Part shown: positions 54,356-64,000 of the stretch, in pieces | Numbering within the stretch: the stretch's first letter is position 1 | Layout of the letters: each line of letters starts with the position of its first letter | Assembly (NCBI GenBank): GCA_964016885.1 | Contig: OZ024753.1 | Span: forward strand, 10,974,001 to 11,038,000 | From: Eledone cirrhosa | Lineage: Eukaryota | Reading direction: 5' to 3' | Length of the DNA: 64,000 bases | Notes under the pieces: model-generated | Told to the model about the DNA's origin: nothing | Database searches by the model: none | The model's input: only the letters and a program-made list of their open reading frames with translations | Translations under genes and position numbers: made by a program

Positions 54356-55004
54356 CGTGGCATTACTTACAAAAAGAATTGAGCAAAGAAGAAGCCTTCA
54401 CATGTTCACTTTATCTGTTAGAAATTGCAGCCAAATCGTCCTCAAATTACACACCAGCATTTTAGGAAATTGACCCGTTAGTTAATGGGATCACGTGTCC
54501 TCTGCAACATGATCAGTTGGTCAATGAGTGGAGAAATGACTTTAATCGTAGGTTTACCCGTCCCTGGCTGATCTATGATGAAACAGTAACATAAAAAAAA
54601 CAAATATGGACATAGAGGTGACAACTTCATGATCAAGCGATCTGGTAGAGATAGCAGTCAAATCTCTTTAAATCATACTATGGAAGAATACATTTTCCTG
54701 GGTATGACATCAAACTGCATCCAGTGGCAAGTCTCCAGTTCGGGAGTTCAGGGGCTGTGGGGAATATGGAGTTACCCCTTAGTTGTTATCACTCCCAGGG
54801 ATGCTCTGGATCGGAGTAATAGTACCTGCTAGGCTCCATTTATGGGTTAAATAATTACGTTACTCGAGTGGCGCCGGTAAGAAGGTATTATCAGCCATTT
54901 TAAAAGAACATTGGATAATATATATAGAGTCAAACTGAAAATCTAGAAAGAAAAAAAACGGCAGAACACGTTTGATCACTGAACTGTTTGATCAATGTTC
55001 GGTT

Positions 55005-56075
55005 TAAACAAAAACAATCACAACAACAGCAACAAAAACAACCACAACAACAGCAACACAAACAACCGCAACAAAAACAACCACAACAACAGCAACAAAA
55101 AACAACCACAACAACAGCAACACAAACAACCGCAACAAAAACAACCACAACAACAGCAACAAAAACAACCGCAACATCAATAACAAAAACAACCACAACA
55201 AAAGCAGCAAAAACAATAAAGACAATTCAACAACAATATCACCACCACCACCACCTCCACCACAACCACCAGCACTGCCACCAACAGCGAAAACAACAAC
55301 AGCAACAGTAATAACAATTATTAAAATAATTCCATTAATTGTAGCTTTGTGGTATGAATGAATCACCAATGCACTCTCTACAATTGAAAACCAATGACAG
55401 ACGTATTATAGTTCCATGTTTGTTATTCCGCTACAGATTCCTCTATTATGAGTATTGTAAACTCCCTGGGGAGTACCATTTGCTATGATTGGTTTCCTTT
55501 TAAAGCAAGGATCTTCAGAATGATAGCAACTGAGTGATTTAAATTGACTCCCTATAGCTGGTCTCAATCGAACGTAAAATACGACACCGCTCTAGTAGTG
55601 TGTGGTAATAGCAGCTTTTCATTGTCGAATGAAGAAGAGTTTGAGGCAAAGTTGCCATATTAATAGAGTGGTGATTGTAGTAATGGCGGAGGCGTTGTAG
55701 TGGTGTTGTAATGGCGGTGGTGATGGTGGTGGCGTTGTAATGGTGTTGGTGGTGGCATTGTAATGGTGTTGGTGTTGGTGATGGCGGTGGCGTTGTAGTG
55801 GTGTTGTAATGGCGGTGGTGATGGTGGTGGCGTTGTAATGGTGTTGGTAGTGGCGGTGGTGATGGCGTTGTAGTGGTGTTGTAATGGCGGTGGTGATGGT
55901 GGTGGCGTTGTAATGGTGTTGTGGTGGCGGTGGTGGCGTTGTAATGGTCTTGTAATGGCGGTGGTGATGGTGGTGGTGGTGCTGTAATGGCGGTGGTGAT
56001 GCTGGTGGCGTTGTAATGGTGTTGTAATGGTGGTGTTGTAATGGTGATGATGGTGGTGGTGTAATAGTGATGGTG
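55005..56075. repeat. (CAA)-rich (55005-55310) and (GGT/TGG)-rich (55670-56075) trinucleotide-derived arrays
   Basis: Direct inspection. Confidence 0.9.
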
Positions 56076-56339
56076 GTGTCATGGCGGTGGATTCCTGTAA
56101 GCAGCTGCAGCAACAGCAGCAGTAAAAATGAAGCGATTTGTGACAATGACAGTAGGAGCGGTGATGGTGACACTAAGAACAACAAGCAAATGAAGGCGGT
56201 GGTGGTGGTAGGAGGATGAGTAGCAGTAGTAGTAGTAGTAGGAGGAGGAGGAAATATCATTGAGAACGATGTTAGCAGTAAATATAACGAAAGGAGAGTC
56301 TGTGTGGATGAGAGAGATAAAGAAGAGCGCCTCAAGGAT

Positions 56340-56737
56340 AAAGAGAGAGAGAAGTGAAGGGAGAGAGAAAGAAGCAGAGAGAGAGAGAGAGAGAGAAGCA
56401 AAGGGAGAGAGAGAAAGAAGCAGAGAGAGAGAAGCAGAGGGAGAAAGAGAGAGAAGCAGAGGGAGAGAGAGAAAGAAGCAGAGAGAGAAAGAGAAGCGAA
56501 GAGTGAGTGTGAGTGTGTGTAGAAGTGAGAGAGAAAGAAGCAGAGAGTGAGAGAGAAAGAAGCAGAGAGAGAGAGAGAGAAAGAAGCAGAGAGAGAGAAG
56601 CAGAGAGAGAAAGAGAGAAGCAGAGAGAGAAAGAGAGAAGCAGAGAGAGAGAGAGAAAGAAGCAGATAGAGAGAAAGAGAATCAGAGAGAGAGAGAAAGA
56701 AGCAGAGAGAGAGAAGCGAAGAGTGAGTGTGAGTGTG

Positions 56738-56768
<31 letters not shown>

Positions 56769-56797
56769 AGCGAAGAGTGAGTGTGAGTGTGAGTAGA

Positions 56798-56885
<88 letters not shown>
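56340..56885. repeat. GA-rich array ending in pure (GA)n
   Basis: Direct inspection. Confidence 0.95.
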
Positions 56886-56886
<1 letters not shown>

Positions 56887-57450
56887 AGGTGGAGGTGGTA
56901 GAGAAGACAGGAATGCCTTACACATCTCACTGTGTGAAATTCCAGAGGAAACACATCACTGCTCAACCGAACAGAATTATTAGAAAGCTTTACCCTCACT
57001 TCCAACCACATCATTATCGTGAGCGTGGTCATTTCCTACCTCCCACTACCACCACCTCTATCTCTCTCGCAATCTGATCCTTTCCTTTAGATATATTGGG
57101 TTTGCAAACTAATCTGGCTGAAGAATCTTAAGGGATAGAATCAACCCTAAAGTGACAAGATGGCGGTGTAGTTGTATTTTCTCTCTAAACACCATTGTAG
57201 GATATCCAATAGCCTTTAGCTAGAAATTGTATCATTGTAATAAAACACATGGGTCATGTGCTAACCACTTTTGGCTAAAACTTTGACAGGGAAATAGTCA
57301 ATTGATAACTTCGTTGCTACTTAGTTCTCTCTCTTTCGCTCTCTCTCTCTCTCTCTCTCTCTGTGTTGACGAGCAGGTCAGTGGTTAAACGGTGCTATCT
57401 TTAGTTATATATATATATATATATCCCTTAGGACAATAAAACCAGCAGCA

Positions 57451-58241
57451 TCTGTCACTCTGTCAGTCTGTCTGTCACTGTTTGTCTGTCACTGTCTGTC
57501 TGTCACTGTCTGTCTCTGTCTGTCTCTGTCTGTCTGTCACTGTCTGTCAATGTCTGTCTGTCAATGTCTGTCAGTCACTGTCTGTCACTGTTTGTCTGTC
57601 TGTCACTGTCTGTCTGTCACTGTCTGTCACTGTCTGTCTGTCACTGTCTGTCTCTGTCTGTCTCTGTCTGTCTGTCACTGTCTGTCAATGTCTGTCTGTC
57701 ACTGTCTGTCAATGTCTGTCTGTCACTGTCTGTCAATGTCTGTCAGTCACTGTCTGTCACTGTCTGTCTGTCTGTCTGTCTGTCTCTGTCTGTCAGTCAC
57801 TGTCTGTCTCTGTCTGTCAATGACTGTCAATGTCTGTCACTGCCTGTCACTGTCTGTCAATGTTTGTCTGTCACTGTCTGTCACTGTCTGTCTGTCACTG
57901 TCTGTCTGTCACTGTCTGTCTGTCACTGTCTGTCAATGTCTGTCTGTCACTGTCTGTCAATGTCTGTCTGTCTGTCTCTGTCTGTCAGTCACTGTCTGTC
58001 TCTCTCTGTCAGTCACTGTCTGTCTCTCTCTGTCAATGACTGTCAATGTCTGTCACTGCCTGTCACTGTCTGTCAATGTTTGTCTGTCACTGTCTGTCAC
58101 TGTCTGTCTCTGTCTGTCACTGTCTGTCTCTGTCTGTCAATGTCTGTCACTGTCTGTCAATGTTTGTCTGTCACTGTCTGTCTCTGTCTATAAATGTTTG
58201 TCAATGTCTGTCTCTGTCTGTCAATGTCTGTCACTGTCTGC
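57451..58241. repeat. (CTGT/CTGTCA)n satellite
   Basis: Direct inspection. Confidence 0.95.
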
Positions 58242-59567
58242 CTGACTCTTCCAGCGCATCTCCCTTACCATCCTCCGGAGAAACGCCTTCTCCATTCTGT
58301 CCCTCCTCCCGGGGCTGTGGGGAGGCCAGCACTTGGGACCCCATTTGCTAACCATACGGATTATATTTAGCTATATTCTATCAATCTATCTGACATCTTC
58401 ATAACTGGTTATCTATGTACCTATGTAGGGGACTAAATATCAATTTATAAACACTATATATATATATATGTATGTATGTGTGTGTGTGTATATATATATG
58501 TATATATATATATGTGTGCGTGCGTGTGTGTGTTTCTGAGTGCGTATATATATAACAAAGAAGGTGTGGTAAGATACCAGGTGGACCATAACGCACCAGA
58601 GTACTCGATACTTAGGGTAGTAGAGTGGGTAATATGAAAAGTGTCAGGGCTCCGAATGCTCTACCTGTCAAAACGGCCGGAGCTCAAGTAATGGGGTCCT
58701 GACTCTTTTCATATATATATATAGGAAAAGAGTCAGGACCCCATTAGCTGAGCTCCGGCCGTTTTGACAGGTAGAGCATTCGGGGCCCTGACACTTTTCA
58801 TATTACCCATATATATATATCATTCCTTTATCTCAAATTAGAATTCACCGCCTAAGCGGGGGGTTATCTCCCTTGGAGTAAACCACGTGTCTGTGGCGAC
58901 ATTTAAAGCTACAACATACCCGTTCAGGCTAAGAACGAAAGACTTGCTGAAGAAGTAAATCCTATGTTATGTCGTCAAAAACCATTATATTGCAGACTCC
59001 TGCAATAGGAATTGGCGCTGATGTTGGGTTTGCAGACACTTAGCGCTGATGTTGGGTGCTATATGTGATCTATATTGTTGATATACGATGTAAGTTATAT
59101 ATTTTACACTCAGCCTCACCGCTATGTCCGGGTCAGTATAAAATCTTTTCCTGGGTCCTATATTTTCGTTGCTCTAGTGATGCGGCTGGACTGCCGACCG
59201 CTATATCTGATTTGCTAAGCTGTCTGAACGTAATGTTATTACTCTGGGGTCTTTCCTCATCTGAGTGCTCAAGCTACAGACCGATTATGCACATACGCTA
59301 GCTTGGCCGTATTCTAAAGTTTCGTCAATGCTGTACTCAAATTTATATATATATATATATATTGTTATACTTGGGGAGGGTCATATTGTTGTAATAATAT
59401 TGCCAGAATTAATAACAGAACACACTCACTGTTTGGTTGGTTTTCGCTTCTGTATCTTTTATATCAGTTAATTCGGTCCTCATTGTTTACCATTGACTGA
59501 CCAACGGTCAAAAATACAGATATAATATAAAATACAGATATAATAAACACATATATATATATAGTCT

Positions 59568-59610
59568 AACAAAGTTCTTTCGTTGCATATCTGCAACATC
59601 GTCAGTGATG
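59568..59610 (-). ncRNA. Hammerhead core motif
   Basis: CUGACGA-u-guugca gaua ugcaac-GAAA-gaacuu; stem I is weak. Confidence 0.55.
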
Positions 59611-60474
59611 CTATTATGTTCCTTCTGTTGTATTGTATATTTACGCCATCTTTATTTAATGTTTATTTATTTATTTATTTATTTATTTATTTTTGTCTTC
59701 TCTGCGCATGCGTTTGCGTGTGTGTATAGTATTTGGCGTGTGTTCGCGTTTGGGTGACTGTGTTTTGGTTATTGTACTCTATCTTAGTTTACTAGCGTGT
59801 GCTTATATGTGTTTGTTGTTATTGTGCTTGTGTATATATTTATTTATTTATATTTCTCTTAAGTCAGTATTGTTTTATATATATATATATAATTCATAAT
59901 TGTTTCTACTTTTGGCACAAGGCCAGCAATTTCCCAGTGCATTACTGGTACTTTATTTTATCGACCCCGTAAGGATGAAAGGCAAAGTTAACCTCAGCGG
60001 GATTTGAACTCAGACCATAAAGGGCCGTAACTCTATGCTGCAGAGCATGGCGTCCGATCCTCTACCGATACTGCCAATAATTCATAATGAACAGGCACAC
60101 AGTATTGGTCGAGTGACTGTCGGTTTTGCGTGTGAAGTCGATATTATCTGGTGTGAAAATCACATCAGACTTCTAATTTACACTACGTTATCAGACATTT
60201 TCAAATACGGTGATTGATTAAAATTCGATAATATACGTTGAATGGTGAGATTAGCTTCTGGTCAGCTAGAAAAGCAAAGAGTTTGATGTAAAGGTGATAA
60301 TTTTTAATATTCAGTTCTATTTTTAGTTCTATCTCCTCTCAACATTCAAAGTGTTAAATTTAACTTCTTAGTTGAAGAACAAATTGAAACTAACGCTGTG
60401 TAAATGTCTTTCTAGAAAGTCTAGAAATTAAAACAGACTCGTCATACATATGTTCTCTACAGTTTTAAATTATA

Positions 60475-60502
60475 CTAGACCACCCGCGACCCGTTGGGTC
60501 AC
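60475..60502 (-). mobile_element. Helitron-like 3' terminus
   Basis: Minus strand has the hairpin GTGACCC-AAC-GGGTCGC, 7 nt, then CTAG followed by T. Confidence 0.55.
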
Positions 60503-60696
60503 GTTCACTTCAAAATATATATTTTTTAAAAGCATGTTCTCTTAAAAATGATTTTTAAATAATTAAAATATACACAGACATGTATATAATGTGAAATGAA
60601 ACTGGAAGGCCCATATATATATGTGTGTGTGCGTATGTATGTATATAAATGTGTGTGTGTGTGTGTGTGGGGGGGGTCTGATCTATAAACACTGGT

Positions 60697-60732
<36 letters not shown>

Positions 60733-61352
60733 CACACAACAACACCACCAGCTCTCTTCCATTCTCATTGTCTGTCTCCTCTCCCCCTTCCCATGTCTCT
60801 CTTTCAATCTACTCTGTCACAACCACTATCTCTTTCTTTCTATCTTTCTCTCTCTTTGTTTATGAAGGTACCCGGAAAAACCTATATCTCGGGGACCTGT
60901 TGGTCCGATTTACGCGAAACTTGTTTTATTCGATTTGTATTCCCATTTCAGGGTCAACTTCCTTTCACAGTATTTTCCCATTATGCGCCCTTGTGGCTGT
61001 ATTAAATTACAGACAAGCAAGCAATCACAGAGTTTTAGTAGTATATAGATTTAATAACCAGACTGAAATATTGGTTAGATCATAGGTGTTCACAACAAGG
61101 GACGTCCCTCAATACACATGTATGTGCCGTGGGATATAATGGGGTGAAGTAGGATAGAAAGAGTAGGGGACAGACAAACAGGGAAGTTGAAGTGTTGGTC
61201 GCCAGAAATGGACACATATATGCAAGGCTGGATTTAATGGGGTGGGGTGGGGGATTTCCCTGGGCGCCCTGCAGTGAAGAGCCCAACAAGCGACGGTGGA
61301 AGGAATTTATCAGTGCCCTTTGTTAGGGTTTTTAGTTTTAGGATGGTTAGTA

Positions 61353-61905
61353 TAGGCACAGGCCAGTAATTTGGAGGAAGGGGAAAGTCGATTAAATCGA
61401 ACTCAGTGCGTGACTGATACTTTATTTTATCGACCCCGTAAGGATGAAAGGCAAAAGATCATAAAGGGCCGTAACTATGCTGCAAAGCATGACGTTCGAC
61501 CCTCTACCGATACTGCCAATCCACCACCACCAACAATAATTGTTTCTACTTTTAGTACAAGGCCAGCAATTACCCCAGTGTATTACTGGTACTTTATTTT
61601 ATCGACTCCATAAGGATGAAAAGCAAAGCTAACCTCGGCGGGATTTGAACTCAGATCATAAAGGGTCGTAACTCTCTGCTGAAAAGCAGGACGTCCAACC
61701 CTCTACCGACAATAATAATAATTGTTTCTACTTTAGGCACAAGGCCAGCAAATTACCCAGTGCATTACTGGTACTTTATTTTATCGACCCCGTAAGGATG
61801 AAAGGCAAAGTCAACCTCGGCGGGATTTGAACTCAGACCGTAAAGGGACGTAACCATGCTGGAAAGCATGGCGTCCGACCCTCTACCGATACTGCCAATC
61901 CACCA
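61353..61905 (-). mobile_element. Three head-to-tail Meta-type SINE copies
   Basis: Copies at about 61353-61530, 61537-61710 and 61720-61905. Confidence 0.9.
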
Positions 61906-62289
61906 TCAGACCATAATAATAATAAACACGTTATGTAGATATTAACTCTAACCAAACAAAGTGTCTCCCTAAATGAAAACAAAGTTTCCCATGTTCGTTT
62001 GACCTTATTTTTTCTTTAATTATAGAAGCGTCGCTAATGACATGTTTTCCTAAGTCATTCTAGTCTGTGACAAACTTCTATATAATGGTGAGGTGGTGGG
62101 GAAGAAATTCTTTTAGTGATATGGAAAGTTGCTTATAGGACTTAAAGTAGCTGACCCCTGAAATAGAAATTCTTGCTGGTGGTACCATTAATTCTCAGAG
62201 CATTAAATTATATATACGAAATATCCAGGAAGATAAGATAAGATACGAGAGAGATTATTTATTATAACACGCGCGCACATATATATAAC

Positions 62290-62685
62290 TATCTATCTAA
62301 GGCGGGTAAAATTCCCGAGATCCATGGACGAGTTCTCTCCAGCGGTCTCTGTCCCTCATTATCGCTGTCATGTCCTGCATCTCCAACAGACAAGTGTCTG
62401 TCCTTAGGGCATCAACATACGTTAACCTTGGTCTTCCTCTTCTAGTGTGTCCATGTAGGGGCTCCCAAAGGAGCACTGAGTGCAGTGTCAACTCTGGATG
62501 TCGGTGAGCATGTCCAGCTAACCTCAGTCTCCTCTGTGTCACTTTTGAGCCGGCTCAGAGCAGGAGAGTTAGGGCGAAAAAGGTATCGGATGCTGAATTT
62601 GCCGACGACATAGTTTTGGTGACAAATACAGTGAAGGAGGCAGAGACTGTGTCGATGAGTGTGGGGCTGAGAATGAATGAGACTA
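62290..62685 (-). mobile_element. RTE-clade LINE remnant with an inverted 5' segment
   Basis: Minus 62297-62542 reads RRLRLAGHAHRH..VLLWEP..RGRPRLTYVD..DRDRWR; plus 62558-62685 reads RRVRAKKVSDAEFADDIVLV..VGLRMNET (RT motif). Confidence 0.85.
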
Positions 62686-62962
62686 ATATATATATATAGT
62701 GTGTGTAGGTGGTTCAGTGAATTACTGGTGTTGATACCAAACCAAACACTGAACACAGACAGAGTGGGTATATTAGAGAAAAACGAGGAATTTTCGTTTG
62801 CACGTAAAAGATATTCATTGTGTATCGACCCGTTACGCGCGTTTCGCTGAGGATTGGCTCAAGGTCACCCATAGGAGTTATGAACCCGACTCCACTATCG
62901 ATTATCGATCTGCTGTACAGACTGGCGATGTGACAAAAATAAAAAAAGGTGTTATCTCGTTA

Positions 62963-64000
62963 ATGGTGTGGTGTGGTGTGGTGTGGTGTGGTGTGGTGTG
63001 GTGCGGTGTGGTGTGGTGCGGTGTGGTGGGTGCGGTGCGGTTCGGTGCGGTGCGGTGCGGTGCGGTGCGGTGTGGTGTGGTGCGGTGTGGTGGGTGCGGT
63101 GTGGTGTGGTGTGGTGCGGTGCGGTGCGGTGCGGTGCGGTGCGGTGTGGTGTGGTGCGGTGCGGTGTGGTGCGGTGTGGTGTGGTGTGGTGTGGTGTGGT
63201 GTGGTGTGGTGTGGTATGGTGTGGTGTGGTGTGGTGTGGTGTGGTGTGGTGTGGTGTGGTGCGGTATGGTGTGGTGTGGTGCGGTATGGTATGGTATGGT
63301 GTGGTGTGGTGCGGTATGGTGTGGTGTGGTGTGGTGTGGTGCGGTATGGTGTGGTGTGGTGCGGTATGGTGTGGTGCGGTATGGTGTGGTGTGGTGTGGT
63401 GTGGTGCGGTATGGTGTGGTGTGGTGCGGTATGGTGTGGTGTGGTGTGGTATGGTGTGGTGCGGTATGGTGTGGTGTGGTGTGGTGTGGTGCGGTATGGT
63501 GTGGTGTGGTGCGGTATGGTGTGGTGTGGTGCGGTATGGTGTGGTATGGTATGGTATGGTATGGTATGGTATGGTGTGGTGTGGTGTGGTGTGGTGCGGT
63601 ATGGTGTGGTGTGGTGTGGTGTGGTGTGGTGTGGTGTGGTATGGTGTGGTGTGGTGTGGTGTGGTGCGGTATGGTGTGGTATGGTATGGTATGGTGTGGT
63701 GTGGTGTGGTGTGGTGCGGTATGGTGTGGTGTGGTGCGGTATGGTGTGGTGTGGTGTGGTGTGGTGCGGTATGGTGTGGTGTGGTGCGGTATGGTGTGGT
63801 GCGGTATGGTGTGGTGTGGTGTGGTGCGGTATGGTGTGGTGTGGTGCGGTATGGTGTGGTATGGTATGGTATGGTATGGTATGGTATGGTGTGGTGTGGT
63901 ATGGTATGGTGTGGTGTGGTATGGTATGGTATGGTGTGGTGTGGTGTGGTGCGGTATGGTGTGGTGTGGTGCGGTATGGTATGGTGTGGTGTGGTGTGGT
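62963..64000. repeat. Pentanucleotide satellite (GGTGT/GGTGC/GGTAT)n running off the window end; related tract at 52027-52185 on the other strand
   Basis: Direct inspection. Confidence 0.98.

Noticed and set aside
54988-55311. PolyQ/T ORF as a mucin-like or transcription-factor exon
   Set aside because: A CAA-derived simple repeat that is open in several frames, with no supporting splice or homology evidence
57155-57166. YY1-like CAAGATGGCGG, and an ETS-like ACTTCCGG at about 24595, as promoter marks
   Set aside because: Single short motifs with no associated gene or CpG-rich context
62963-64000. Telomeric repeat
   Set aside because: The unit is GGTGT/GGTAT/GGTGC rather than TTAGGG, and a similar tract occurs internally at about 52.1 kb

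Overview
Eukaryotic, AT-rich, repeat-saturated non-coding DNA. The SINE repertoire and microsatellite load suggest a coleoid cephalopod such as Octopus, but this is an inference. No intact host gene can be supported, and almost all ORFs in the track are microsatellite artefacts. Recognisable elements are a decayed Neptune-type Penelope-like element (PLE, RT + GIY-YIG, about 46.5-50.5 kb), a 5'-truncated R4/Dong-like RLE LINE inside (TACA)n, RTE and Tx1/L1 fragments, about 20 copies of a tRNA-derived Meta-type SINE (two of them expanded into tandem arrays), other SINEs, hAT and piggyBac-type MITEs, a Helitron-like end and many satellites. The most striking signal is a large set of short, (TA)n-embedded, usually fold-back insertions from several sequence-divergent families. 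They carry more than 25 complete, variant or half type-I hammerhead ribozyme motifs. Many also carry a covarying bulged hairpin (ACUC-stem-loop-UN-GAGURC) between the ribozyme and the (TA)n junction. In one family the fold-back turn-around repeatedly sits at the inferred hammerhead stem II. The PLE also has an in-phase T TTT TTA slippery heptamer linking an upstream ORF to the RT frame. All motif calls were made by eye, without computation.
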